Below, in pieces: positions 34,563 to 46,008 of a stretch of DNA of 64,000 nt (position 1 is the stretch's first letter; each line of letters opens with the position of its first letter). Source of the stretch: Candidatus Omnitrophota bacterium (GTDB lineage: Bacteria; Omnitrophota; Gorgyraeia; Duberdicusellales; 4484-171); the NCBI GenBank assembly GCA_043820815.1, contig JBDRDJ010000028.1:22307-86306 (forward strand), in the 5' to 3' direction. The notes under the pieces are model-generated. The model ran no database searches. It saw only the letters and a list, made by a program, of their open reading frames with translations, and had not been told where the DNA came from. Position numbers and translations under genes: made by a program.

Positions 34563-36143
34563 ATGAAATCATTTAATGAATTAGGTTTATCCAGGGATGC
34601 CCTTTGCGTTATTGAACAAAAAGGGTTTGAGTCGCCTACCCCGATTCAGGAGAAAGTTATCCCCGCCATACTCTCTGATAATAAAGATATTGTAGGCCAG
34701 GCTCAGACCGGCACCGGTAAGACCGCGGCTTTCGGCCTGCCTCTTATCGAGCTTATTAAAGAAAACGCTGGCTTTGTTCAGGTGCTTGTCCTTACTCCTA
34801 CCCGGGAACTTGCCATACAGGTAGCAGAAGAGATTGCCTCATTAAAAGGAAAAAAGGCCATAAATGCCATTCCTATTTACGGGGGCCAGTCAATTAACCT
34901 GCAATTAAGGCAGCTCCGTAAAGGCGTTGATATTGTAGTGGGAACTCCCGGCAGAGTGCTCGATCACATCAGGCGTAAAACATTAATACTGGATAAAATA
35001 TCATATCTTGTAATCGACGAAGCCGATGAGATGTTAAATATGGGGTTTATCGAGGATGTTGAAACAATATTAAAAACTACCGCAGCTGATAAAAGGACTT
35101 TTTTATTCTCCGCTACAATGCCTCATGAAATAATGCAAATCGCAAAAAAATACATGAATGAATATGACATGTTCAGAGTGTCTAAGGGCCAGCTCACTGT
35201 AAGTTTAACAGACCAGATTTATTTTGAAGTCGCTTCCGCTGACAGATTCGAAGCCTTATGCAGAATCATAGACATTGAGGAAGATTTTTATGGTTTGATT
35301 TTTTGCAGGACCAAGATAGACGTTGATGCCGTGGCGACCCGCTTAACCGAGCGGGGCTATGACGCAGACGCCCTGCATGGCGACATGTCCCAAGGCTTAA
35401 GAGAAAAAATACTGGGTAAGTTTAAAAAACGCCTGATTAATATTCTTGTTGCCACTGACGTTGCGGCAAGAGGAATAGATATTCAGAATTTAACACATGT
35501 AATAAACTATTCTCTTCCCCAGGATCCCGAGTCATATGTCCACAGGATAGGGCGCACCGGACGTGCGGGCAAAGAGGGCAACGCCATAACTTTTATTACG
35601 CCCCAGGAATACAGAAGACTTCAGTTTATAAGGAGAATAGCGCAGACTGACATACGCAAGGCAAGGCTCCCTATGGTTAAGGATGTTATTAACGCAAAGA
35701 AGCTGAGAATTAAATCTCGCCTTGAGGATATCATAAAACAGGATTTAAAAAGCGAATATCTTAAAATGTCCAAAGATCTTCTTGAAAATAACCCGGCCGA
35801 AAACATGCTCGCGGCTTTATTGCAGTATTCCTTCCAGGATGAGCTTGATACCAAGCGCTATACAGAGATAGAAGATGCTGGCCTTGACATGAAAGGCAAA
35901 ACAAGGTTATTTGTGGGACGCGGCAGAAATGACGGGTTAACACGTAAAAACCTGGCTAACATCATTAAGGAGGAATGTAGTATCAATGACGAAAAAATAA
36001 GGGATATTCAAATTTTAGACAAATTTTCCTTTGTTACCCTGCCTTTTCATGAGGCTGAGGCAGTATTGGCTTACTTTAAGAAAAGAGACAAAAAACAGGG
36101 TTTGTTCATAACAAAAGCTAAGAAAAGCAGGGCAAGAAAGTAA
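34563..36143 (+). CDS. DEAD-box ATP-dependent RNA helicase (DeaD/CsdA-like with C-terminal RNA-binding extension)
   Basis: Q-motif (FESPTPIQ), AQTGTGKT, DEAD, SAT and HRIGRTGRAG motifs, with a basic C-terminal tail. Confidence 0.9.
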   Translation: MKSFNELGLSRDALCVIEQKGFESPTPIQEKVIPAILSDNKDIVGQAQTGTGKTAAFGLPLIELIKENAGFVQVLVLTPTRELAIQVAEEIASLKGKKAINAIPIYGGQSINLQLRQLRKGVDIVVGTPGRVLDHIRRKTLILDKISYLVIDEADEMLNMGFIEDVETILKTTAADKRTFLFSATMPHEIMQIAKKYMNEYDMFRVSKGQLTVSLTDQIYFEVASADRFEALCRIIDIEEDFYGLIFCRTKIDVDAVATRLTERGYDADALHGDMSQGLREKILGKFKKRLINILVATDVAARGIDIQNLTHVINYSLPQDPESYVHRIGRTGRAGKEGNAITFITPQEYRRLQFIRRIAQTDIRKARLPMVKDVINAKKLRIKSRLEDIIKQDLKSEYLKMSKDLLENNPAENMLAALLQYSFQDELDTKRYTEIEDAGLDMKGKTRLFVGRGRNDGLTRKNLANIIKEECSINDEKIRDIQILDKFSFVTLPFHEAEAVLAYFKKRDKKQGLFITKAKKSRARK

Positions 36144-36193
36144 ATTCTTTACAAAATGATTTCAAGCCATTCGATAACCTCAAGGAGGCTAAG

Positions 36194-37114
36194 GTGATAG
36201 AGAGGAGAAAGTTCGTAAGGATTGAATCTTCGATAAAAGTTACCTACAGGATACTGGAGAAAGCGGCTCAAGATAAGGCAGCCATAAGCAGAAATATAAG
36301 CGCCGGCGGTATAAGAATGATTTTTGGCGAATATATTGAGCCGGGCGCTAAATTAGAGCTTAAAGTATTTTTGCCCAATGAACTTAAACCGCTGACTGTA
36401 ATAGGAGAAGTGGTATGGCAGAGTTCTATAAAAGGGGCAAGCGGCAATATGATGGATACAGGGATAAAATATATAAAGGCTGAAGGGCCGGAGATTCTGA
36501 AAATTACTTCTTATGTTATGAACAAACTTCGTAAAGACCTCACAAAGCATAAAGATAGCTCCCTTAAAGACGTTAAGCTAAGTGGTTCAATTTCTAAATT
36601 TCTGTCACGTGATATTACCGACCTTAAAGGGGTAAAAAATACACCGGAGCCTGAGAGTGAGGTTCCCCTGCCCGATGGCCTCGTAGATGAGATTAATTTG
36701 CCTTTTGACTGTATCAGATATGCGTATGTTAAATCATCTCTGAGCATTAAATTTAGAATGCTTGACGGAACAAAGTTTGAGAGAAAGTCTTTGAGCCAGT
36801 ATATCAGCGGAGGCGGTGTTTGGCTGCTTTCCGATAAAGAGCTCCCCAAAGATACATTAATCGAGTTAACAATAGAGCTGCCGGGGTCTAAAGATCCGAT
36901 TATTGTCATGGCTAAAGTTGCGGATTTTAGGGTTACGACGCGTTACGGAGATAAAGGCGCAATCACTTATTACGAAACAAACGCGAAATTCGTTTCAATA
37001 TGTCCCAATGAGAGGAAGAAGATTATACGTTTCGTTTATGCCTGCCGTTCTGATTTTATGTTGTTAGGCAAAAAGCCCCCTCCCGGCTGGTTAGATATGA
37101 TTGATGAAAAATAA
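36194..37114 (+). CDS. tandem PilZ-domain protein
   Basis: The first domain has RKFVR (RxxxR) and NISAGG (D/NxSxxG). The second has ISGGG but lacks RxxxR. Confidence 0.7.
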   Translation: MIERRKFVRIESSIKVTYRILEKAAQDKAAISRNISAGGIRMIFGEYIEPGAKLELKVFLPNELKPLTVIGEVVWQSSIKGASGNMMDTGIKYIKAEGPEILKITSYVMNKLRKDLTKHKDSSLKDVKLSGSISKFLSRDITDLKGVKNTPEPESEVPLPDGLVDEINLPFDCIRYAYVKSSLSIKFRMLDGTKFERKSLSQYISGGGVWLLSDKELPKDTLIELTIELPGSKDPIIVMAKVADFRVTTRYGDKGAITYYETNAKFVSICPNERKKIIRFVYACRSDFMLLGKKPPPGWLDMIDEK

Positions 37115-37203
37115 ATATGTTGAAGATGTTGACAAGTAAGAGTATAATAAATTATGCAATTTCAGTTGTTATTTTTTCCGAAATGAAGAGGTAAATTAAA
37201 CCA

Positions 37204-37584
37204 ATGGATCAAGAAGGAAATAAAACAATTTTGATTGTCGAAGACGATGACAGCGTCCGTACGCTTGAAAAAGATTTCTTAAAAAAGCGCGGATATGAGA
37301 TTCTTGAAGCGGCAACGGCAAAAGACGGAATAAATCTCGCCCTTAGTGAAAATCCCGATCTTATACTCATGGATGTAAGGTTACCCAATAAAAAAAGGGG
37401 AATCGGCGCCGCACGTATCATCAGAAATAACGAAAAAACAAAAGGCGTTCCGATTATTTTTGTAACAGCGTATGAAAAAGGCAATTATACAAAAGAGATA
37501 ACAAACATTCCGAATTGCGCTTATATAACCAAGCCGTTTGAAGTAGGGGAACTGCTTAAACTAATCAAGGAATTTATTGGTTAG
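37204..37584 (+). CDS. single-domain response regulator (CheY-like)
   Basis: ILIVEDDD ... ILMDVRLP ... YITKPF receiver motifs. Confidence 0.8.
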   Translation: MDQEGNKTILIVEDDDSVRTLEKDFLKKRGYEILEAATAKDGINLALSENPDLILMDVRLPNKKRGIGAARIIRNNEKTKGVPIIFVTAYEKGNYTKEITNIPNCAYITKPFEVGELLKLIKEFIG

Positions 37585-37627
37585 AAAATCCACCGATAAT
37601 CAATCCTTATAGATATTGCTTAACTGC

Positions 37628-37657
37628 AGCCGGCAAATGATTATGCGGCTATTTTTT
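37628..37657 (+). terminator. weak terminator candidate
   Basis: AGCCG (37628-37632) pairs with CGGCT (37646-37650), followed by ATTTTTT. The stem is short. Confidence 0.3.
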
Positions 37658-37710
37658 AATCTCCTACCTCAAAAAACTTTATATTCTATTAGTTCTAATT
37701 TAACTTAAAG

Positions 37711-38520
37711 ATGAAAAAGGCCAGCGTGGGCATAATCGGATGCGGTGCGATTGGGAGTGAAGTTGCCTTTTTTTTAGAAAAGGAGCTTTCAGGTAAAACT
37801 AACATTTCTGTTCTGGCTGACATATATGAGGAAAAAGCGCAATCCTTGCGGGAAAAATTATCCTCGCGGCCGAAGATTTACAGCCTCAAAGATACCGTTT
37901 CCAAGGTTGACCTTATAATTGAGGCTGCATCGGTTGATGCAGCGAGGTGTTGTTTAAAGGAAGTATACGGCAAGAAAAAGGATATAATAATTTTAAGTAT
38001 AGGGGCGCTTATCGGTGAGAATGAATTCTTAAGGAAGGTTCAAGAAAACGGTACGCGCGTCTGGGTTCCTTCAGGAGCAATATGCGGAGTTGACGGTTTA
38101 GGCGCTCTGAGCATGGGGAAGATCCAGTCAATTAAATTAATTACGTCTAAGCCGCCGGCCGGCTTGATCGGCGCTTCTTATTTGGAAGAAAACAAGATTG
38201 ACTTATCCTGTTTAACTGAGGAAAAAATTATTTTCAAAGGAGGCGTTAAAGAGGCCATTTCTTGCTTTCCCAGAAATATTAATGTAGCCGCAACTCTTCT
38301 TTTGGCTTCATCTTCCGAAAAAGTAGAAGTTATTATAAAAGCTGACCCACAATTGAAGCGGAATATTCATCGAATCGAAATAAAATCTTCGCATGCCTCG
38401 GTAGCAATAGAGGTTCAGAATATTCCTTCAAAAAATAACCCTAAGACAAGCGCATTGGCTATTCTTTCCACACAATACCTGCTTAAGAAGATGTTTTCGT
38501 CTTTGAAGATCGGAAGCTGA
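37711..38520 (+). CDS. nadX: L-aspartate dehydrogenase (NadX family)
   Basis: VGIIGCGAIGSEVA Rossmann N-terminus. The 269-aa size and C-terminal region are typical of the NadX family, and nadA is in the same window. Confidence 0.7.
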   Translation: MKKASVGIIGCGAIGSEVAFFLEKELSGKTNISVLADIYEEKAQSLREKLSSRPKIYSLKDTVSKVDLIIEAASVDAARCCLKEVYGKKKDIIILSIGALIGENEFLRKVQENGTRVWVPSGAICGVDGLGALSMGKIQSIKLITSKPPAGLIGASYLEENKIDLSCLTEEKIIFKGGVKEAISCFPRNINVAATLLLASSSEKVEVIIKADPQLKRNIHRIEIKSSHASVAIEVQNIPSKNNPKTSALAILSTQYLLKKMFSSLKIGS

Positions 38521-38626
38521 TTTATCAGGCCACAGGCTACAGAGACATCTGTGATAATTCGTACATACGGTAACCTATTGTAACCTTGTTAAATAATAAC
38601 GAACCACGAATCACTAACCGCGAACA

Positions 38627-41449
38627 ATGACAGATTATATTTATGTAAAAGGTGCGCGTGAGCACAACCTCAAAAATATAGACGTAAAGATTCCTAAAAA
38701 TAAACTTACCTGTGTAACCGGCCTTTCCGGTTCGGGAAAGTCGTCCCTTGCCTTTGATACTATTTATGCCGAAGGCCAAAGGCGTTATGTTGAGAGCCTT
38801 TCCAGTTACGCCCGCCAATTCTTAGAACAGCTCGATAAGCCTGATGTTGAGCATATTGAAGGTTTGTCGCCTTCCATAGCGATTGAACAGAGAACAGCAG
38901 GCGCATCGCCCCGTTCTATCGTCGCGACACAGACAGAAATATACGATTACCTCCGCCTGCTTTATGCTCGAATAGGCAAGCCTTATTGTCATATTTGCAA
39001 GAATCCGATCACAAGCCAAACTTCCCAGGAGGTAATTTCTAAAATACTTAGCTTGCCCGAAGATAGCAGAGTATATATATTATCACCTGTAGTGAGAGGG
39101 AAAAAAGGCGAGTACTCGGCTCTATTTAAACGCCTGCTTAAAGAAGGTTTTGTCCGGGTTCGTGTTGACGGTAAAGTTTATGATTTAGAAGAGGAGATAA
39201 AATTATCCAGGTACAAGGTGCATACAATTGAGATTGTTGTAGACAGGATTATAGTAAATACCAGTAGTAAGACAAGGATTGCCGACTCAACCGAAGTTGC
39301 CATCAATTATTCGGATGGTTACGTTGGCGTATATGATGAGACCGCCTCCAATAGCTATCTTTTTAATACCAAACTTATCTGTCCGTCATGCGGCATTTCC
39401 TTAAGCGATATGGAGCCAAGAATGTTTTCCTTTAATTCTCCCTACGGAGCCTGCCTGGCATGTAATGGTTTAGGCACTAAATTAGAATTTGACCCTGACT
39501 TCATTGTTCCCGATAAGGTCAAAACCTTAAGAGACGGGGCAATTGAGGCCTGGCGGCGCGGCAGCAAGGGGTTTATACTTTATTACAGGGCACTGCTTAA
39601 GCAGTTAGCTTACGATTTGGATATTTCTCTCGATACCCCTTATAGGAAACTGCCCAGGAAAATACGCGATATCATTCTTTACGGAAGCAGCAAGGTTATT
39701 GTCTGGGATAAGCCGTTCGAAGGAGTTGTCGGTAACCTTGAAAGAGTTTTTAAAACAACCGACAGTGAATACAGAAAAGGAGAAATAGCAAAATATATGT
39801 CTAAACTGCCGTGTTCTGAGTGTCATGGTAAAAGGCTTAAGCCTGAAAGCCTGCATGTTTTTATCAAGGATAAATCGATATGGGATGTGTCGCGGATGAG
39901 CATAAAGGAATGTTTAGATTTCTTTGTCAGCCTTAATTTAACGCCATACGAAGAAAATGTTGCCAGGCACATCATTAAGGAAGTAAGGCATCGCCTTGAA
40001 TTCTGTTTTAATGTAGGATTAGGGTATATTACGCTAGACCGTTTGAGTTCTACGCTTTCGGGGGGCGAAGCCCAGAGGATCCGCTTGGCTACGCAGGCCG
40101 GGTCGTCTTTAAGCGGAGTTTTATACATACTTGATGAACCTACCATAGGGTTACACCCCAGAGATGACAAGAAATTAATCCGCACTCTTACGAATCTTAA
40201 AGAACTCGGCAACACAATTATTGTAGTAGAGCACGACAAACAGATGATTGAGCAAAGCGACTGGGTTGTTGACTTAGGCCCCGGCGCCGGATTAAAAGGC
40301 GGCAGGGTTGTTTATTCGGGGCCCAGAGAGGATATTCTTGGCGCTCAAACTTTGACTGCAAGGTATTTAAAAGGAGAAGAGTCGATAGCTGTCCCTTTAG
40401 AAAGGAGAAATTACAGCAAAGCCCCGCGCCTTACGGTAAAAGGCGCTTGCGAGCATAATTTAAAAAGTATTGACATTGATATTCCTTTAGGGTTATTTGT
40501 TTGCGTTACGGGAGTTTCCGGGTCAGGCAAATCTACGTTTGTAAATGATATATTATTTAAGGCTCTTTCGCGTATTTTTTATAACTCAAGAGAGAAAGCC
40601 GGTAAGCATAAAGCGATAGAGGGTATAAAAAATATTGATAAGGTGATTATTGTAGACCAATCTCCCATAGGAAGAACTCCCCGTTCTAACCCGGCTACTT
40701 ACACAGGGGTATTTACCAATATTCGGAGTTTATTCAGCCAGCTGCCTGAGTCAAAAATCAGGGGCTATAAGCCGAGCCGGTTCAGTTTTAACGTATCAGG
40801 GGGAAGATGCGAGGCTTGCCGGGGAGAAGGGACCAAGAAAATCGAGATGCACTTTTTGCCTGATGTTTATGTGCCCTGCGAAGTATGCAGGGGAAAACGT
40901 TTTAACGCCCAGACCTTAGAGGCGTCTTTCAAGAAATGTAATATATCGGATGTCCTTAAAATGAGTGTTGATGAAGCTTTTGATTTATTTAAAAGTTTTC
41001 CTCAAATAGTCAATATTCTTAACACGCTAAGAGATGTTGGTTTGGGTTATATAAGTTTAGGCCAATCCGCTACTACTTTATCGGGGGGCGAAGCACAGCG
41101 GATAAAATTAGCTTCCCAATTACGAAAAAAAGCAACCGGCAGGACTCTTTATATATTAGATGAGCCGACAACAGGGCTTCATTTTGATGATGTAAAAAAG
41201 TTATTATCTGTCTTACAAAGGCTTGTTGATAAAAAAAATACAGTTTTAGTTATCGAGCACAACCTAGATGTTATTAAATGCGCTGATTATGTTATTGATT
41301 TAGGCCCTGAAGGCGGCCAGGATGGTGGCCGTATCATTGCCCATGGCAGCCCTGAGGAAATAGCAGCGTGTAAAGATTCTTATACGGGTAGTTTTCTTAA
41401 AAAAGAATTGCCTTATTTTAGAAAAAATAAACAACCGTGCAAGAAATGA
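38627..41449 (+). CDS. uvrA: excinuclease ABC subunit A
   Basis: Two ABC modules ([25 protein letters not shown]), zinc-finger cysteines, LSGGEAQR twice. 940 aa. Confidence 0.95.
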   Translation: MTDYIYVKGAREHNLKNIDVKIPKNKLTCVTGLSGSGKSSLAFDTIYAEGQRRYVESLSSYARQFLEQLDKPDVEHIEGLSPSIAIEQRTAGASPRSIVATQTEIYDYLRLLYARIGKPYCHICKNPITSQTSQEVISKILSLPEDSRVYILSPVVRGKKGEYSALFKRLLKEGFVRVRVDGKVYDLEEEIKLSRYKVHTIEIVVDRIIVNTSSKTRIADSTEVAINYSDGYVGVYDETASNSYLFNTKLICPSCGISLSDMEPRMFSFNSPYGACLACNGLGTKLEFDPDFIVPDKVKTLRDGAIEAWRRGSKGFILYYRALLKQLAYDLDISLDTPYRKLPRKIRDIILYGSSKVIVWDKPFEGVVGNLERVFKTTDSEYRKGEIAKYMSKLPCSECHGKRLKPESLHVFIKDKSIWDVSRMSIKECLDFFVSLNLTPYEENVARHIIKEVRHRLEFCFNVGLGYITLDRLSSTLSGGEAQRIRLATQAGSSLSGVLYILDEPTIGLHPRDDKKLIRTLTNLKELGNTIIVVEHDKQMIEQSDWVVDLGPGAGLKGGRVVYSGPREDILGAQTLTARYLKGEESIAVPLERRNYSKAPRLTVKGACEHNLKSIDIDIPLGLFVCVTGVSGSGKSTFVNDILFKALSRIFYNSREKAGKHKAIEGIKNIDKVIIVDQSPIGRTPRSNPATYTGVFTNIRSLFSQLPESKIRGYKPSRFSFNVSGGRCEACRGEGTKKIEMHFLPDVYVPCEVCRGKRFNAQTLEASFKKCNISDVLKMSVDEAFDLFKSFPQIVNILNTLRDVGLGYISLGQSATTLSGGEAQRIKLASQLRKKATGRTLYILDEPTTGLHFDDVKKLLSVLQRLVDKKNTVLVIEHNLDVIKCADYVIDLGPEGGQDGGRIIAHGSPEEIAACKDSYTGSFLKKELPYFRKNKQPCKK

Positions 41450-41556
41450 TGCGTATAAAATATTTTCTATTTCTAATGTTTACAGGGTACAGTATAAGAG
41501 TTTTAATGAGCAAATTTCTTTCGATTATTAAGCTTTTTTTCAAGTTTAACAAAATC

Positions 41557-43983
41557 ATGGCAAAGGTGCCTGTTTTTATTTTGGTTTTTCTGTTTTTATT
41601 TTGCCGCATAAGTTACTGTTTAGATTCGGAAGATGAAAGGTTTTTTGTAGCCGAGCAGGCGTTTTCTGATGATTTTTACGATGCCGCGGCCACCCTTTTT
41701 GAGAGGTTTATCAAAGAATACCCTCAGAGCGAAAAAATTTACCAGGCAAAGCTCTATTTAGCCAAGTCATGCTACTTTAAAAAAGATTATCAAAAGTCTC
41801 TTTTGCTGCTTAGCGAGCTTGCAGAAAATGATCATCCGGTTAATATAGCAGATGAAGTTTTCTACTGGCTGGCAGAAGTTAACTTCCAGGGGAAAAATTA
41901 CAAAAAGGCATTGGAACTCAGCCAGAAAGTAATCAGCGGTTACCCTGATTCGAAAGTGTACTGGTGGTCTTACTATATGGTTGCGGCATCTTTGGGTAAG
42001 CTTGGCCAGAGCGATAAAATGGGTAAGGCTTTCGACAAAATCATCAAAGAGTGCGAAAATATGGAAATTGTTCAAGACAGCTATTCAGAACTTTTAGATT
42101 TTTACTACACAACTAATATTTCACCGGAAAAATTAATATCTGTATCTAAAGAATTTATCACCCGTTTTAAAGACAGCAAATTAGTGCCTAAGGCAATGTT
42201 TTATATAGCAGAGGCATACGCCGCAAACAAAGATACCGGCAAAGCCATTGACAATTACCGTTTAACTATTGAGTTAGCAAAAAACCAGCAGATAAAAGAT
42301 CAAGCGAATCAAGCCTTGGCCCTTAACCTGCTAAAGTTAGGCGATAAAAAAGAAGCTCTTTCTGCCATTGGAAGCATTGCAAACAAAGAACTTAAATTGT
42401 ACGCTTTGGCAAATTACTACTTTAAATCTAACGAATATAAAATAGCGCTTGAAAGCATAGATAGTTTCTTGGATAAATTTCCTTCCAGCCAATTAGCAGC
42501 TAATGTTTATCTGGTTAAAGCAGATATTCTTTATGAGATGGGCAGAGTCAATGATTCATTGTCGGTATATCAGAAAATATTGGCAGCATCTAATCAATCC
42601 GTAAAAGATGATGTTATAGACAATGCACATTACGGACTTGCCTGGTGCTATCTTAAGAACGGCGATTTTAAGAAAGCAATCAAAGAATTTGAAAGTACTA
42701 TTGAATATACGGAAAATCCTATTATTAAGATAAGTTCGCGAATTCAAATAGCCGATGCCTATCAGGAAGCGGGAAACTTTGATTCAAGCCTTGAGATTTA
42801 TAAGGATATTTTAAATTCTTACCCGTCGACTATTTACGCCGATTATATCCAATTTCAGATAGGTATGGCTTTTCTTAAAATGAACGAGTTAGAGAATGTC
42901 CACCTAGCTTTAAGGAGCTTGAAAAGCAATTATCCTAATTCCAGGCTTATCTCAAAGGCACAATATTATTTGGCTGTGGCTTATTTTTCTCAGGAATCTT
43001 ATGAGCAGGCAAAAAGTTTGTTAAATGATTTTATGAGTAATTTTCCCAAAGACGATTTAAACGCCGAAGCCGACTATCTTTATGCTAAATGTTTTTATAA
43101 CGACGGTGATTATAACGAGTCTTTAAAGGTCTTTAACCGCATTATAAAGAAATGCAGCGATAAGAAAATCAAAGAGTTGGCATTTATTGACATAGGTAAT
43201 ACCTATATGAGCTTATCTGAATTTGATAAGGCTAAAGAGGCATGGGAAGTTTTTTTAAAGAAATTTCCTAATTCAGAGCATGCAGGTTTAGTTCTTCTTC
43301 ATCTGGGAGGTATCTATGAGAAAGACGGAGATTGTATCCAGGCAGAGAAATATTACAATGATGTAGTTAAAAAATACCCTAGAAGTATGTGGGTTCAAGA
43401 AGCATGGATATCGCTTGGGCACTTATACTGGTATAAAGGAGATATCAATAAGGCACATGAGAGCTTTGAAAAAGTGCAAGATAACGATTCGGCTATCACG
43501 CTTAAATCAAAACTTTACCGGGCAAAACTTTACAGTTCTCAAGGGGACACAGATCAAGCGTTTAAGCTATACGACGAATTAATTGCGTCAAGCCAGCCCA
43601 TAAGAACGGCTGCACTTATTGAAAAGGCATTTTTGCTCATGGAAGAGAAAGATTACGCTAAAGCAGTAACATTTTTCCAGCAAGCTCTTGATGACGGGCT
43701 TGATTCGGCTAAGATAAGATTTTCATTGGGCAGGTGCTTTGAGAAAATCAGCAGGAACGAAGAAGCAACCAATGAATATTTTAAAGCCATATACGGATTT
43801 AATGAAACTGATTACCGGGTGAAATCATTTTTTCGTATAGCTAAGATGTACGAAAGAGACGGAAGTATTGATTCAGCAAGGGAAATATACAATAAAATCA
43901 TAGAACTTGGCGTGGATGAATCGAAGATAGCTAAAGAGAAGCTTGAGCAACTTAGAATCAGAGGCCAGGTGACAGAAAAGTAA
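41557..43983 (+). CDS. large secreted TPR-repeat protein
   Basis: MAKVPVFILVFLFLFCRISYC is a signal sequence. Many TPR-like repeats follow (YxxAxxxYxxGdyxxAi pattern). The track start at 41437 overlaps uvrA and precedes the signal peptide. Confidence 0.75.
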   Translation: MAKVPVFILVFLFLFCRISYCLDSEDERFFVAEQAFSDDFYDAAATLFERFIKEYPQSEKIYQAKLYLAKSCYFKKDYQKSLLLLSELAENDHPVNIADEVFYWLAEVNFQGKNYKKALELSQKVISGYPDSKVYWWSYYMVAASLGKLGQSDKMGKAFDKIIKECENMEIVQDSYSELLDFYYTTNISPEKLISVSKEFITRFKDSKLVPKAMFYIAEAYAANKDTGKAIDNYRLTIELAKNQQIKDQANQALALNLLKLGDKKEALSAIGSIANKELKLYALANYYFKSNEYKIALESIDSFLDKFPSSQLAANVYLVKADILYEMGRVNDSLSVYQKILAASNQSVKDDVIDNAHYGLAWCYLKNGDFKKAIKEFESTIEYTENPIIKISSRIQIADAYQEAGNFDSSLEIYKDILNSYPSTIYADYIQFQIGMAFLKMNELENVHLALRSLKSNYPNSRLISKAQYYLAVAYFSQESYEQAKSLLNDFMSNFPKDDLNAEADYLYAKCFYNDGDYNESLKVFNRIIKKCSDKKIKELAFIDIGNTYMSLSEFDKAKEAWEVFLKKFPNSEHAGLVLLHLGGIYEKDGDCIQAEKYYNDVVKKYPRSMWVQEAWISLGHLYWYKGDINKAHESFEKVQDNDSAITLKSKLYRAKLYSSQGDTDQAFKLYDELIASSQPIRTAALIEKAFLLMEEKDYAKAVTFFQQALDDGLDSAKIRFSLGRCFEKISRNEEATNEYFKAIYGFNETDYRVKSFFRIAKMYERDGSIDSAREIYNKIIELGVDESKIAKEKLEQLRIRGQVTEK

Positions 43984-44044
43984 CCAAAATAGAAAAGGTT
44001 GCTAAAGGTTGCTAAAGGTTGTATTAAAACGTAGGAGGTAACAA

Positions 44045-44689
44045 ATGGGATTGCAGCTATTAGTTAAAGGCGGTTGGTTAATGATTCCGATACTCATCTG
44101 TTCGTTTTTTTCGCTCATGATTATAATTGAGCGGTTACTTTTTTATATTTTTGGTATTAGTTTAAAATATAATTTTTCTGAAATTAAGAAGCGTATTTTT
44201 GAATCAGTGCGGCAAGACCGTATTTCTGAAGCTATAGAAATTTGCGAAAATAACCCCTTTTATCTAGCAAATATTTTAAAAATCGGCCTTCAGCATTACG
44301 AAGAGCCTAAGGAAATAATAAAAGAAGCAATGGAAGATGCATCGTTATATGAAATTCCTAAATTAGAAAAGAATCTCCACTTCTTAAGTACATTTGCCCA
44401 TATTTCACCGCTCTTAGGGCTTTTGGGAACTGTAGTCGGGCTGGTTAAGTGCTTTTCCGCCATTAAAGAAACAGCCGTTAATGCCGGGGTGGTTAACCCG
44501 TCAGTGCTGGCTCAGGGTATTGAAGAGGCCCTTTTTACAACGGTTTTCGGTTTAAGCGTAGCTATACCGAGTTATCTTGCATACAATTATTTCGTCCACA
44601 AAGTAAATTTATATATCCTTGAGTCTGAACGTGCGGCAACAGAATTGCTTGAGTTGCTCTCTGAAAGGAGGTATAGCCGTGAGATTTAA
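44045..44689 (+). CDS. MotA/TolQ/ExbB proton-channel family protein
   Basis: Three TM helices and the conserved region ISPLLGLLGTVVGL ... ALFTTVFGLSVAIP. Confidence 0.85.
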   Translation: MGLQLLVKGGWLMIPILICSFFSLMIIIERLLFYIFGISLKYNFSEIKKRIFESVRQDRISEAIEICENNPFYLANILKIGLQHYEEPKEIIKEAMEDASLYEIPKLEKNLHFLSTFAHISPLLGLLGTVVGLVKCFSAIKETAVNAGVVNPSVLAQGIEEALFTTVFGLSVAIPSYLAYNYFVHKVNLYILESERAATELLELLSERRYSREI

Positions 44690-45077
44690 AAAGCGCCTGA
44701 GAACCGATTCAGGCCTGCGTCAAATAGACATCGCTCCTCTTATCGATTGTATTTTTTTGCTGCTCATATTTTTTATGCTTACTTCGAGTTTTGTTGTTAT
44801 GCCCGGTATAAACGTAAGATTACCCAAGGCAGTGACATCGGAAGAAATAAGCGTGCAAACTTTAACTATAACCATATCAAGCGAGGATATTATTTACCTA
44901 AACGGAGAGGCAATAACCATAGAAGAGGTAGCTGAATTTGTAAATGAAGGAGATTATTCTTCGATATTTATAAGGGCAGACAGAGACTCTTCTCTTGGTA
45001 CTGTTGTTGCGATTTGGGACTCGTGTAAAAAGGCAGGAATTGAGAAGATAAGTATCGCCTCTACTTATCAAGAATAA
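44679..45077 (+). CDS. ExbD/TolR family protein
   Basis: GTG 44679 has AAGGAGG 7 nt upstream. IDIAPLIDCIFLLLIFFM is the ExbD TM signature with Asp. Confidence 0.8.
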   Translation: MRFKKRLRTDSGLRQIDIAPLIDCIFLLLIFFMLTSSFVVMPGINVRLPKAVTSEEISVQTLTITISSEDIIYLNGEAITIEEVAEFVNEGDYSSIFIRADRDSSLGTVVAIWDSCKKAGIEKISIASTYQE

Positions 45078-45150
45078 AACGTAGATATCCGCGGAGTTCT
45101 GCTTCTATTGTCAGCATAGTCTATATCCAATTGCCGGAATCATTAAAAAA

Positions 45151-45723
45151 ATGGCTATGATGAAAAAAAGCCGGTCAAAGCAAAGTGTTTATTTTACAAT
45201 TTCGGCTTTTGTTATATCAGCGTTAATATTCGGGTTTGCCTTATCTTTCGTTAAGGTTCATATTGACGCAGAAAGAAATCCTGTAATATACAACTGGGGA
45301 AATATATTAAGCAAAGACGATCTTTTTGCCGGTAAAAAGAAAATAAATATTCCTGATTGGATAGATTTATCTTCAGGAGCGATCCGCCGCCAGTACCTTT
45401 TCCCGGCTATCACTCCCCAGCGCCGTATCCCTGTTAGTTTTAAGCGGCACCTACACATGTCAGAGAAAACTTCTAATTATCAAAATGACCATGAAGAATT
45501 ATTGTATCTATGGCAAAGGCAGTCTTTTTTCGTCTCAGGCAAGGCAGAGCCGGTAACTTACCGGGTTTTAATTTCACCTAAAGGAAAAGTCCTCCTAAGC
45601 TACCCCCGGAAATTGTCCTTAGATTCACGAAAATCCATAAGTGCTCAGCGTTATATCAATAATGCGGCTTTCTTTTTCAATGACAAATTATTCTGGACAA
45701 ATTTAAAAGAGGTGGTAAAATAA
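45151..45723 (+). CDS. N-terminally anchored hypothetical protein (possible degenerate TonB-C-like partner of ExbBD)
   Basis: One N-terminal TM helix. Position after exbB-exbD is suggestive. There is no Pro-rich linker and only vague C-terminal similarity to TonB. Confidence 0.35.
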   Translation: MAMMKKSRSKQSVYFTISAFVISALIFGFALSFVKVHIDAERNPVIYNWGNILSKDDLFAGKKKINIPDWIDLSSGAIRRQYLFPAITPQRRIPVSFKRHLHMSEKTSNYQNDHEELLYLWQRQSFFVSGKAEPVTYRVLISPKGKVLLSYPRKLSLDSRKSISAQRYINNAAFFFNDKLFWTNLKEVVK

Positions 45724-45743
45724 ATATCGGTTTATCTCTATTA

Positions 45744-45950
45744 TTGGGAATTTTAATAGGGGTATTTTTCTTTTTTTTATCTTTCTTTATATTTATTCAC
45801 GAGAGGCGCGTTCTAAAAGATCATAGAAAATCAGGCTTAACAAAAAAGAAATGCGAGGTTTGCTCATCTATTTATTTTATATCGGCCTTTAAGAGTTATT
45901 GGCGTTGTCCTTTATGCAGGAGCATCAACACATCTGCTAAGAAAACATAA
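45744..45950 (+). CDS. small membrane protein with C-terminal zinc-ribbon (CxxC...CxxC)
   Basis: An N-terminal TM helix, then CEVC ... CPLC. Confidence 0.4.
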   Translation: MGILIGVFFFFLSFFIFIHERRVLKDHRKSGLTKKKCEVCSSIYFISAFKSYWRCPLCRSINTSAKKT

Positions 45951-46008
45951 ACCGTATTTGAAAAGTTAGTTAATTTTTTCAGAAAAATCTTAAAGGGGAG
46001 ATGGTTAG

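Noticed and set aside
41437-41556. N-terminal extensions in the ORF track at 16299, 20203, 24989, 27050, 41437, 44619, 50810 and 51535.
   Set aside because: In each case an internal start with a good SD, or a canonical family N-terminus or signal peptide, exists (16356, 20299, 25061, 27107, 41557, 44679, 50840, 51571). The extension overlaps the upstream gene or adds non-homologous residues.
43994-44023. Tandem repeats considered as a possible CRISPR or minisatellite array.
   Set aside because: There are only about three 10-bp units with no spacers, and there are no cas genes. It is reported only as a short tandem repeat.
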